Source: Eledone cirrhosa
Taxonomy: Eukaryota
Reading direction: 5' to 3'
Assembly: GCA_964016885.1 (NCBI GenBank)
Contig: OZ024743.1
Coordinates: 279,124,001-279,188,000, forward strand
Length of the DNA stretch: 64,000 nt
Shown: piece by piece, positions 14,752 through 32,536 of the stretch
Layout of the letters: each line of letters starts with the position of its first letter
Position numbering within the stretch: position 1 is the stretch's first letter
The notes under the pieces: model-generated
Seen by the model: the letters and a program-made list of their open reading frames with translations, nothing else
Database searches by the model: none
Told to the model about the DNA's origin: nothing
Program-made: the position numbers and the translations under genes

Positions 14752-15176
14752 TACCTATCTTCCGGCCTCTCTAGAGAATCGTAAAAGCACATATCGCTAT
14801 ATGCTTTTTCTATGAAAATTAGTAGTGGGCAGACCAACTTGCATAGAGTGTGAGTAAGTACCGGTTCAACGGAGACGATAAAAACAAATAACGAAACGAA
14901 ATTAAATTTCGTTTCGTTTGTAACTCACTTTTGTATGACTGACGCTCAAACAATTAAGTCAAAGATGTACATCCATATATGTATACTGAAATACTAGTAT
15001 GTATATGAATACACACACGTATACATATGTAGATGTACCAAGTTTTTTTTTCACTGATCACTTTACTGTGAGTGGCCAGCTATTCTGTATGTAAACACAC
15101 AGACAAACCGGTTTTTAGAGTCATACTGGTTTTTGAGGAAACACCTTTCCTCTATTCTCCAGAAAGCCAGACAAGG

Positions 15177-15221
15177 AATATTGAACTAGTTTCGTTGTTG
15201 TTACAACTCATCAGCAATATT
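15177..15221 (-). ncRNA. Minimal type-I hammerhead ribozyme, array copy 5
   Basis: Identical to 13296-13340. Confidence 0.9.
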
Positions 15222-15417
15222 TACCTATCTTCCGGCCTCTCTAGAGAATCGTAAAAGCACATATCGCTATATGCTTTTTCTTTGTTTTTATCGTCTCCGT
15301 TGAACCGGTACTTACTCACACTCTATGCAAGTTGGTCTGCCCACTACTAATTTTCATAGAAAAAGCATATAGCGATATGTGCTTTTACGATTCTCTAGAG
15401 AGGCCGGAAGATAGGTA

Positions 15418-15462
15418 AATATTGCTGATGAGTTGTAACAACAACGAAACTAGTTCAATATT
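15418..15462 (+). ncRNA. Minimal type-I hammerhead ribozyme, inverted copy 6
   Basis: AATATTGCTGATGAGTTGTAACAACAACGAAACTAGTTCAATATT on the + strand. Confidence 0.9.
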
Positions 15463-15754
15463 CCTTGTCTGGCTTTCTGGAGAATAGAGGAAAGGTGTTT
15501 CCTCAAAAACCAGTATGACTCTAAAAACCGGTTTGTCTGTGTGTTTACATACAGAATAGCTGGCCACTCACAGTAAAGTGATCAGTGAAAAAAAAACTTG
15601 GTACATCTACATATGTATACGTGTGTGTATTCATATACATACTAGTATTTCAGTATACATATATGGATGTACATCTTTGACTTAATTGTTTGAGCGTCAG
15701 TCATACAAAAGTGAGTTACAAACGAAACGAAATTTAATTTCGTTTCGTTATTTG

Positions 15755-15799
<45 letters not shown>

Positions 15800-15978
15800 G
15801 TGTGTTTGTGTGTGTGTGTGTGTAGCTGTGTGTGTGTGTGAGTGCATGTGTGAGTGTGTGTGTGAGTGCGTGTGTGTGTGTATATGTGAGTGAAATTGAT
15901 GATTCACACCATGAACACATCGAGTTTCCTCTTGGTGGTAATTCGTTCAGACATTTTATATATGTATATATATATATA

Positions 15979-20117
<4,139 letters not shown>

Positions 20118-20189
20118 TAAACAAGTGATTATTTGAATTATCAACTTTGCTCATATATATATATATATATATACAAACATGCCTCCATG

Positions 20190-20256
<67 letters not shown>

Positions 20257-20258
20257 GC

Positions 20259-20336
<78 letters not shown>

Positions 20337-20744
20337 GCACATATACAGGAGTTTGATATTTGGAGACCCTGCGGGATGGAATATGCGAACCTGCAGAGAG
20401 TGCAGGATCTCACCAGAGTCAACGGCCATCCAAATAGTACTTTTATTTTTCACCTGTGAGTGAAAGGCCAGTTGTCATCATAACACTTTTCTATGATAAA
20501 ACCTGCCGCTTCGAAAGTATGACGTTCACCAGTTCTCCTTTCTGGGTAGTGTTTTCGATGCTCAGAGGGTGGGATTGTTCGAGTGCAAGGCCTTTACCCG
20601 CTAAGAAAACCTTCAAAGCACAGGCATTGCTTGTTCAGGATATGTTACGGGTTTGTCTGGCTGGCGGTAGCCTAGAAGTGTACCAAATGCCATAATCTGA
20701 CAAGCGATTGCAGTACTCTTTGCAGAGTTTTCAGCCATCGTATA

Positions 20745-21750
<1,006 letters not shown>

Positions 21751-22566
21751 ATAAGGGTGGTGGATTGGCAGTATCAGTATCAGTATCAACAACTATAAAC
21801 AGGAAAGGTCAGTAATTTCCTACTACCTTATTACCAGTAAGAGAAATAGCTCAATGTAAGAACATCAGGTGTTTTACAGAGCAGGAATATAAATGACCCA
21901 ATTATCAAAGTTTTGTTCAAAGTTATGTTCAAATCGGAAATTAAACTGTTAGAAAAATTATCTGTTGAACAACTCTAATCCATGAATAAGAATACAATAA
22001 GACCACTTTACAATCCATTGCTGTAACTAACTAAAAACATTCAATATAAACATTACCTAAAATATAATTTAACATATGTAATGGAAAAGACAACAATAAC
22101 TTTGATTTTCTCAACACACACAAATTTGAACGCTATCATCACATTACATCCGCCATAAATTTTTAATACAATAACACATTTGCTTGGTATTTTATGTGAT
22201 AACTTTGCCATACAGTATTTATTTATTTATATATATATGCCTAATACCTTTGCTTGTTTCCTTTTCATATATATGACTAATGCATGTACACTTTCTACAT
22301 GCGTGCATATGTACTGCTAGTGTCCTCATTCTTTCTCAATGCCTCTTTAATTATTAGACTATTCTCTTGTATTATCTTTCGCATGTATTCCACACTGTGC
22401 TTTTAATTTTAATTTTAATTTTAATATTTGTACAATTCTCGTATAATATATGTCGCATCCATTACACTCTGAAAATACGAAACTGTTGTTCACGACATCA
22501 ATACATATGTATCTATATGATTGTTCAGTTGAATAGGAGGTTAATTATATGTACAAACTTTGATAA

Positions 22567-22613
22567 TGCTCCGATAATCCCAAACGAAAGTTTGGAAGAA
22601 ACGATTGTCAACA
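22567..22613 (+). ncRNA. Degenerate hammerhead motif in a probable Penelope remnant
   Basis: TGCT-CCGATAA-TCCCAAAC(GAAA)GTTTGGAA-GAAA-CGATTG-TC-AACA; core mutated; downstream 22621-22640 has an inverted copy at 21916-21935. Confidence 0.45.
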
Positions 22614-22669
22614 ATTAAATGATTTGAACATAACTTTGAAAATTGTGTAATTTATATATATATATATAT

Positions 22670-22728
22670 ATAGGAGTAAGTAAGACCCCGACGGCTGAGC
22701 TCAGCCGTCGGGTCTTACTTACTCCTAT
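22670..22728. repeat. Near-perfect 59-bp palindrome between (TA)n tracts
   Basis: ATAGGAGTAAGTAAGACCC(C)GACGGCTGAG|CTCAGCCGTCGGGTCTTACTTACTCCTAT. Confidence 0.92.
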
Positions 22729-22804
22729 TACCCACTCTACTACCCTAAGTATTGAGTACTTTGGTGCGTTATGGTTCACCTGGTTCCTTACCACTCTTCC
22801 CTCG

Positions 22805-22869
<65 letters not shown>

Positions 22870-22920
22870 GAATAAGGAAAAGCGAAGTAGTTTCAGATGT
22901 TCAAGTCCTTTAATAATAAT

Positions 22921-22994
22921 GCTGTGATATATATTTCAATGACGACACTGGCCACACTGTTCTGTGTGCGAGTGTCGTGTCATCATCAGACAGC
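22921..22994 (-). ncRNA. Type-I hammerhead motif with long stem II
   Basis: Minus strand reads GCTGT-CTGATGA-TGAC(AC)GACACT...AGTGTCGTCA-TT-GAAA-TATATA-TC-ACAGC; base of stem II imperfect. Confidence 0.7.
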
Positions 22995-24184
22995 TTGTTA
23001 CATAATAAGGTTATGTTTCCGAGGCAATCCAAATTGAATCGACATGGGAACGGATGAAATTCGTGCTTTTGGGCTTTTCATCCGTTCCCTTGTGAGTACC
23101 AATTCACCCCCAGCAGTCTGCGCAAGCGCATGTCCGAAGGAAGTTGACCATTAGCCACCGCAGATTTTAACGAAATTCGCTGTCAGTTCACCCTCTCAGC
23201 TAAAACAATGGCCCACCTATGCCCTTCCAAAGTTTACTGCTACCCATCACTACTGTGGCAGTCAGCCGAAAGCCAGAGGGGATGGGAAGGTGTTTGTTTT
23301 TATAGGTCATAATACTACCTTTCACTAAGCGTTGACAGCAAGACTGACCATCAACTCATAAGGGAAAATAAACTTAATTCTAGTTACTATGGTTTTACAT
23401 TGTAAGTTAAGAGTTGGAAATAAAATTAAAAAATTAAAATCCTAAATCAAATATCAGAGATTGTAAATTAAACAACTAAAAATTAACAAATTCTAAATTC
23501 AAAAATTTTTCAAGTGATAATTCGGATTGAGTAAATGTATAGATTGAAGTGAGTAAATAATATGGAGAGAGATGTTTAAGTAATAAGTTCTGAGAGGGAT
23601 TCTAGTGTCACAGTTACTCTATCCACATATTGAACGACAGTGCCGTACATTATAACGGAGGGCATTAGTCAATCTGTTACACGGTCATAATTTCCATCAC
23701 ATGGAACAAAATCAAAGAAAAACAGACATAAAGTACACAAAAGAAAAGAAAAGAACAGAACCAATAGTGAATAAGTGCAAAAACACATAGTACATATATG
23801 CAAAATGATCCATATGATTGTCCATCTGTCCATGTATAGATTGAATTGAGAGGGCTTCTGTTCAAATGCGATCTGGTGCAGGAAAATAGGGGTATATCTT
23901 ATTTTTTGTTTCCGCGTATTTATCCTGCCGAAAGTTACTATTACGCCCGTCCAGTGTCAGGGGTTTTCATCCCCATGGTATAGGGAATTTTCGGGGTAGC
24001 TCTTGGTTGGTTCCTCTCCTCTCCACCATATCGGTTACATCATAGAGCGCTCAACTAATCGGAGCTAAATATATATCACAGCATTATTTAGGGAGGTGTG
24101 TAGGATACATACATAATACACCCAGCTTTATATTATATATGTATATATCTTATAGGGTGGGTAAAACAGAGATCCATGGACGAG

Positions 24185-24292
24185 TTCTGCCGAGGTTGAC
24201 TTTGCCTTTCATCCTTACGGGGTCGATAAAATAAAGTACCAGTAATGCACTGGGTTATTGCTGGCCTTAAGTACCTAAAGTAGAAACAATTA
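24185..24292 (+). mobile_element. SINE 3' part
   Basis: GCCGAGGTTGACTTTGCCTTTCATCCTTACGGGGTCGATAAAATAAAGTACCAGT matches the copy at 37795-37972. Confidence 0.85.
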
Positions 24293-24420
24293 TTATTAAA
24301 GGACTTGAACATCTGAAACTACTTCGCTTTTCCTTATTCGATATTTACTCCGTCACCCCTATGTGGAAAAAGTACGTTGAGTGCTCGGATTGAATTGCAT
24401 CAATGTTAACCCTAATATAT

Positions 24421-24487
<67 letters not shown>

Positions 24488-24570
24488 GGAAAAATTTGAA
24501 CAGGGACAAAACAGAGAGGCAGTACAACGAATGTTTATTAATTTCACGCTCTGGAGAGTGGGGTGTTGGT

Positions 24571-24603
<33 letters not shown>

Positions 24604-24756
24604 TGTTATACTTTGGGAGGGTCATGTTGCCAATAAGAAACACACGCACCAATTGCTTTCACCTCAATTTATTATAATACATTTATAATAAATTTATAAA
24701 TTTATAAATTTCTGGTTGGTTGGTTGGTTCCACAACCAGATAGTTGTTTATATATT

Positions 24757-24799
24757 GTCATAGTTCTTTCGTCACACACTCTGTGACCTCTTCAGTGAC
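24757..24799 (-). ncRNA. Minimal hammerhead motif inside a 29-bp inverted repeat
   Basis: Minus strand reads GTCA-CTGAAGA-G-GTCACA(GAGTG)TGTGAC-GAAA-GAAC-TA-TGAC; perfect inverted repeat 24604-24632/24883-24911. Confidence 0.65.
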
Positions 24800-25155
24800 G
24801 GGATTCTTTTCTTTGTTTCTGTGCCTCTCCTTTGTTCTGTCCTACGCCATTTTGTTTCTGTGTGTGTGTTGTGTGCTCAGTCTGGCAACATGACCCTCCC
24901 AAAGTATAACATTATCGGTTTCAACACACGATTTCAGATAAAGAATCTTGCTAAACAAATTCAGAAACGAAATATATATATATATATATGCATTTATTTA
25001 TTTGGTATCTCACACGCGGATGATTTTACCCAGGCTCACTTTCTGGAATGCAATAACGTATACCAAATAAAATATATCATGTAATCGATTCCACGTGATC
25101 AAATCTAAAATTTACATTTTAGATTATCCGAAGTACACTCTGAAGCACAGTTCAA

Positions 25156-25195
<40 letters not shown>

Positions 25196-25322
25196 TATAT
25201 CCACGGTAAGTTGTGGGGTCTATTCTGCATGAAGAATTCAATGTAATCCATATGTTGAAAATGTTGTAGGTTAAGAAAAATCCCGGAAAACAACAAAACA
25301 TTAAAAAGAAAACAGAGTCATG

Positions 25323-25895
<573 letters not shown>

Positions 25896-26695
25896 AGAGG
25901 TACATAGATAGATAGATAGACGCATACATATTGCAATATATTTGAGTCAGAAAGAGAGTGAGGAGAAAGGAACGAAAATGAAAGAAATAGTAGAAAGTAG
26001 AGTATAGTGAGTAGGGAAAATACCCTCATCATGTTTACGTATATGTAGTGTTGTATTTCTTTGTGTGTGTATGCATGTGTCTCTGTGTGTGTATGTATGT
26101 GTGTGTGTCTGCATTAAATGTATATCATTTGAAATGTGTCGAAAAAAATGTTCAAGGAAAGGAAACGTACGATGTAATTTGTTGTGTGCAATGCATTAGA
26201 GAAGGTGTCGGTAAAAGGAAATAATATAATCATTATATATACACACAGTTGCTAAGCCCCACAGGCTAAATTCACACATAATGGGCAAGTTTCTTAGAGG
26301 GGAGAAAGACCGGGAATATGTTAGTTAAAAATCCCTAAGGCACAGTGAAGAAAAGAAACAAGAAAACAAGAGTCACAGTAAGAGTTGTAACAGCAGTAAC
26401 AACAGCAACAATAATAAATTGAACAATAATAACATAAATGACAACAGCAGCAACAAAAGGAAAAAAAAAATTAAATAGCATTTAAAAAGTTGCAGGCTAA
26501 TATGATAATGATGGTGATAATAATGATGATGATGATGGGGAAGGTAGTGGTGTTTTTGTTGTTGTTGCTCTTAGTGGTGTTGGTGGTGGTGTTGATAGTG
26601 ATGGGGGTGTTGGTGGTGGCGGCGGCGCTGATGATAATTATGATGCTGACTATATTGATGGTGAACTTTATAATATGTGATGATAATAATAATAA

Positions 26696-26742
<47 letters not shown>

Positions 26743-26899
26743 CTGTATGTGTATGTGTTTGTGTGTGTGTGCGTAAGCGTGCGTGTGTGTTTATAAAGAA
26801 CAACATTGATATTGAATAATGGTTTCTCTTATTAAAATGACGATGATTATGATGATGATGATAATAATAATAATTATTACTACTACCACCAAAACCAAC

Positions 26900-26972
<73 letters not shown>

Positions 26973-27395
26973 TAAAACGCAGACAACGGACATCGTGAGC
27001 CAACAGAATGAACGTATATAATATGTAAAGTAGCTTATTTACTGCGGACTAACATATGGTTTGTTAAATCCCTCCTAATTAAATTCATGTTACACAAATA
27101 AATAATTATATAAGAAGCTGTACAATATTGTACAAGCACACGCGTACACATGTGTCTGTATGTGTGTACTGCAATTGCTTGTACAATACTCTCACACACA
27201 CATACCCCCCCTCCATATATATGTATGTAAATATGTATGTATACATATATATATATATATATATAAAACACGTGGGACATATGCATGTACACATGCACGT
27301 ATGTATGTATATAAACACACACATAATATATATACACACACACACACACAATATATATACACACACACACAATATATATACACACACACACACAT

Positions 27396-27457
<62 letters not shown>

Positions 27458-27549
27458 GTTAGGCGCGCAGAGCTGGAAATATTAGTCATTTGATCCAGAA
27501 ATATTATATGGAGTAGCGAAACAATTGTAAATGGACAATATTATTATTA

Positions 27550-27660
27550 ACCGAAGTTAACTTTGCCTTTAATCCTTACGGGGTCGATAAAATAAAGTAC
27601 CAGTAATGCCTGGGTGATTGCTGTTCTTGTGCCAAATGTAGAAACAATTATTATTAATAT
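27550..27660 (+). mobile_element. SINE 3' part
   Basis: Same CCTTACGGGGTCGATAAAATAAAGTACCAGT core. Confidence 0.8.
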
Positions 27661-27984
27661 TATTATTATTATTCTCTACATTCCTTACATCAAACTAAAA
27701 TATGTTGACAATCTTTTAATAATGTCTTCCTTGTGAAATGTGTGGTCTAGTTTTGCTTATTTAATGAATATTTCCAGCTTTACGCACCTAACTTCTGCAT
27801 GAACCCAGCCACCTAGCTGCTTTCCACTGCATATTGCACATTGAGCACATGCCTTTACGCTTTGGCTTCTAACTAATTCACCATTCTCTCCTCTCCTATC
27901 TCCTCTCCTATCTCCATCTCTCTCTTTATGATTGGTTACTCTTGAACTGTGTATACATATATGTGTGTGTTTATATACATACAT

Positions 27985-29516
27985 ATTTCCGCCCAACAAT
28001 AGGTATAGAAAAATCCTTAATAGGAACAATATTAAAATATCCTTCTCTACTACTCCTAACCTAGCAGACATCATAGGAACAACGAACCACAGTAAGATCA
28101 CCAAGACACAGCACCTTAGCACAGACGCACCTACAGCTGACAATAACTATATCGGTCTTAACGACTCCCTAGCAGCATCCAATAGTGCTGGCAACAGCCT
28201 CTACAGACGCAACCAGCATAACCGCGACATGACCGGGGAACTTGTAGGACATGACGTGCGGAATAATAATCGTACCACCGTAGTGGGTTATAATGATGCA
28301 AACGACAATGTTCACCTAATGATGTGAAGAAAATTTGTTAAAGTGGCATCAGAAATCATGTATTGAGCACTTAAAAATAGTGGTGCGGGAGCGTAGATAA
28401 CAACGTAGATAGCAATAATGATAGGCTTACCGTGGGAATTAGAAAGAACCGCGACAGAAATTGCAACTGCCGCGACAGGGGACGCTGCCCCCTTAGAGGA
28501 TAATGCTTGACTGATAGGGTTATATATAGGTGCACTGTAACTAGCCACAATAGCGTTAAACATTATATAGGGGCTACCTCTGGCCCGTTCAAAATTAGAT
28601 TTGGAACACATCTCCACTCTTTCACAAATAAGAAATTAAGACACTCCACTTCGCTCGCGGACTACATCACATCATTTAAAGACTTAAACATCAGCTTTCC
28701 ACGCACTGGGATATTGTCGGCAGGGCTGCACCGTACAACTTCAAGAGGGAGTGCTATCTTTGCCTCATGGAGCTCTACCACATCATAACTGTACCCCACC
28801 AGCTCATCAAGAGCAGAGCTGAAACGACGTTAAGCTGTACACATCGCTTAAAAATATCCTTCTTCAGATGGGATATGGATGAGGAGTTAAACCGTGTACC
28901 GGGTCTCCCTGCAACAAGCGTTAACACCCCTGCGGGCAGGCGCTGCAAAAAACATCCAGGAAACTAACCATGCATCCCAGACCCAGCTTCAAATGACCCA
29001 GGCGGGTAGGTGCAGAAAAACGAGCGTCTCAAAATAAGTGTTGATTACCTGACACTATGCGTATCGACAATGGTAAGGTTGTAACCACATCTTGTAACGG
29101 ATAAAACATTTGTCCGGGAAAGACTGCCCTAACACCGGCCAGAGTTACCTCCCTTGACCTACTGCAAAATTAAAACACGCTTTTTTGGCGAAGAATGCAC
29201 TATGACGTGAACTTACCCCCCAAAACACGTTCAGGGCCATGTAAGGAACACGTTTGGTTATGTATGCCCTTGAGAAGCCCAACCGGGCGAAACGTACGTA
29301 GGTGCTGTTTTAAATAAACATGTATTAACGGTCTGTTCTCCGATTTCTTACTTTTCCACGTGCTTACGATCTGCTAACTCTCTTGCCCACTAAATATTAA
29401 CACTTCTAATATTTAATACTGCCGGCACTAGTATTGAGCACCTTCTGTATACGCTATTTGGCAAATAACTACATGTATCACCTATCCTTCCTTTTTTTCT
29501 CTCTCTCGATACGTAA

Positions 29517-29520
<4 letters not shown>
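27985..29520 (+). mobile_element. Penelope-like retroelement 3' fragment: RT-EN linker, GIY-YIG endonuclease and 3' region with HHR
   Basis: YRKILNRNNIKISFSTTPNLADII; CNCRDRGRCPLRG*CLTDRVIYRCTV...YIGATSGPFKIRFGTHLHSF...STSLADYI; C-terminal CYLCLME...SCTHR; stops and a frameshift. Confidence 0.92.
29266..29305 (+). ncRNA. Minimal hammerhead with U3-A8 variant core, 3' of the Penelope ORF
   Basis: GCCC-TTGAGAA-GCCC(AACC)GGGC-GAAA-CGTACG-TA-GG(T)GC, followed by AATAAA. Confidence 0.75.
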
Positions 29521-29576
<56 letters not shown>

Positions 29577-29578
<2 letters not shown>

Positions 29579-29589
29579 CGTAAATAAAA

Positions 29590-29620
<31 letters not shown>

Positions 29621-29680
29621 CATATATATATATATATGTATATATGTATATGTATATATATATATTTTTTTTTATTTACG

Positions 29681-29712
<32 letters not shown>

Positions 29713-29842
29713 TACATCCCATAAACACACATACACACACAAACATACATACATACATATATATATATTTATATATATATATATATATAAATATATATAT
29801 ATGTATGTATGTTTGTGTGTGTATGTGTGTTTATGGGATGTA

Positions 29843-29849
<7 letters not shown>
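29577..29849. repeat. Two adjacent palindromes centred on (TA)n
   Basis: ATACGTAAATAAAAA...TTTTTATTTACGTAT (~29577-29683) and CATCCCATAAACACAC...GTGTGTTTATGGGATG (~29707-29849). Confidence 0.85.
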
Positions 29850-29878
<29 letters not shown>

Positions 29879-30382
29879 GCTCTTTATGCATCATATATAT
29901 TCATGTTAAAGGGTATATAAAAAAGATATATACATTTCTAGATTTGGCGTTCATATTATCATTTCTTTCATATTTTCAACATCTCTCTTCTACTCTCCTG
30001 TCCATCATCACTATCGATCTGGTCATCAGTATCGCAAACACAAACTATCATCATCATCATCCGCATTGAAATAACTCACTACACTATATATATTGTTTTC
30101 ATCAACATTCCTTTTATTATTATCAACGTTCTCATCGTCACCCTCGTTATCGTTATCTCTATTATTCACTTCAAGTTGCCGGTTTTCCATCAATTTTACC
30201 TACCAAACAGACATAATTCAACGCATCAGGAAAATACACAGGACAAAAAGACAGAAAGTCTCTGAAAATTTCAAAACCAGCTTAAGTCAATATATATTTG
30301 TATATTGCTCTTGCTATATTTGTTTAAATCATTTGCCTCATTATCTTCCGTCTTTCCTAATTAAGTGAAAATATATACATAC

Positions 30383-30564
<182 letters not shown>

Positions 30565-30743
30565 TATAATAATTGTTTTCCGAAGAAGAACGAAAAGAGC
30601 CAACAGTTACACAATATATTAAGCAGAAAAGAGTTTTGATATATTTCATACAGGAATGAATGCTTCAACACGAGATATCATTTCTGTATTAACCATATTA
30701 AAATCATATATGTATATATATATATATATAAAAACAAATAATA

Positions 30744-30806
<63 letters not shown>

Positions 30807-31469
30807 ATCAATGAGTGTGTGTGTATACGTATGTTATACTTCTCATATACTTAACTTTGTTACTTAATTATCTTAATTCAAATCAACAAATTTGACGAAG
30901 TTCCGCAGATCTGGTATTTATATGTTTTCTAATAAGACATTGAAATATGAAGAAAACAAAGATAGAAACATTTCAATAATATTGTTTTCCAGGATGTGTT
31001 CATTCTCTAAATAGAAAAAAAAAATGTACGAATTCAATATCCTAAATTGCTTTATGACATGGTCGCAGTTTTAATGTGTTTATAGTAAATGAACAACATC
31101 ATTTAAACTGTTGGGCGGAAGACCATCCGTATGACCATTCTACCTTCTAGATATAGCAGTCTAATCTTCGGAAAATCACACTTTAGCGTCTTATATAAGA
31201 CAAAGTGCATTAACACATTCACACCTATAATTAAAACTTCAAACTAAGAATGCAATTCATTCTACTTCAGTTAATGTTGGTTTGACTTGGGACTACACAA
31301 CAGTAAAATCCTTTGTCCATCCTTTCGATATTAGTTTCAGTCATACTATATCCTATTCACACCAACTTTTTGGATACTCTACACGATTTGGTGCATTACT
31401 ATTTGTAATGTAAAACTCTAAATAAGTTCTCCTTGTTGCACTTGTGGTACACGCAGTCGCGCAAAGTCG

Positions 31470-32240
31470 CAACGAGGATAGTAAAGGCCTTCCCGAATCA
31501 AGACAGGAGATGAATGTAGATTAAGCTGCAATCCGACTTTAGATCAACGAATAAAGTATTCTGGCAGACCATCGGCACCTGCTTTCAGGAACTCGTCTAG
31601 GTTTCTTCTGTCTTTGGAGAGGTGCATCCTCATGAGGGGTGAGAATATCTTGCATATCTACTAAACTCGGTCTCAACTTCTGATGTACACGAGGTATATC
31701 TAGGAGCGATGGCTAATATCTCGGTGGCTCAGGTCACTCGACCAGTGAAAGAGATAATGTGGCAAGGCTTCTGGAGAAAATGAAACGCCATGCATAAAGG
31801 AGATATAATATGGCTGACTCGTATGTGCCGTGTGGCATGGATATCTGGAAAGACGCATAAGCAATGGCAATCATGAGAGATATACCCAATATCCGAAAAG
31901 AGAGACGAGAGAATGTACTAATTATATAGTGATCTCATTTTTAAGTCAATTTGGTATAGTCTATGCTAAGTGTGGGACTATGGGATGTAAAGATATTGTC
32001 GAGTCGAACAGTGGGAATTTTGATACGGATGCTGGACAGCCGACCAAATATTTACACTGTCTGTTTGTGCGCAATGTTCATCTCATGATGTGTAGAAAAT
32101 TTGTTAAAGTGGCATCAGAAAACATGTATTGAGCACTTAAACAATCTAAAGGAGGGTGGAATGTCTTAGTTCAACATTTTGTGTGATGCCTTCTGGTTTG
32201 CAAAAGGAGAGCAGTTTTAACGTCTCACAGAATACACAAT
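31470..32240 (+). mobile_element. Highly decayed RTE-clade (Expander-like) RT fragment
   Basis: NKVFWQTI (~31550); RECTNYIVISFLSQFGIVYAK (cf. NYRGISLLS.PGKVYAK). Confidence 0.6.
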
Positions 32241-32500
32241 CTCAAAAATGTGGAGGTAAAAAGTAAACTTTTTAGGCAGTCATTATTTTAAAACAACGAA
32301 AGAATTTATATATATAAACTCCAGGGTGATAAGTTTAAGTATTTAGCCATATTAAGGGATATATGCGGATTTATTCTACATTGAAAGAAAGAATTAATGG
32401 GAGAGAGAAAGAGAGAGAGAGAGGGAGAGAGACAGAGAGAGAGATGAGAAAGAGAGAGATAGAAGCTGCGTGTATTTATGTATGTGTGTATGTGTGTGTG

Positions 32501-32536
<36 letters not shown>

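Larger units (their letters stand above)
13069..15761. repeat. 470-bp tandem array (4.7 units) plus one inverted unit, bounded by (TA)n; retrozyme-like
   Basis: Units start at 13069, 13539, 14009, 14479 (471 bp, one extra T) and 14950 (partial, to 15281). 15281-15761 is the reverse complement of one unit plus ~11 nt. Each unit carries an HHR motif. Confidence 0.97.
22866..24344. mobile_element. Penelope-like remnant with inverted terminal segments; right arm split by a SINE-containing insert
   Basis: 22866-22935 is inverted at 24067-24088 and 24290-24344; HHR in the left arm; (TA)n near both ends. Confidence 0.6.

Noticed and set aside
13069-15281. CRISPR-like array
   Set aside because: Whole units are identical, with no unique spacers and no cas genes; eukaryotic context
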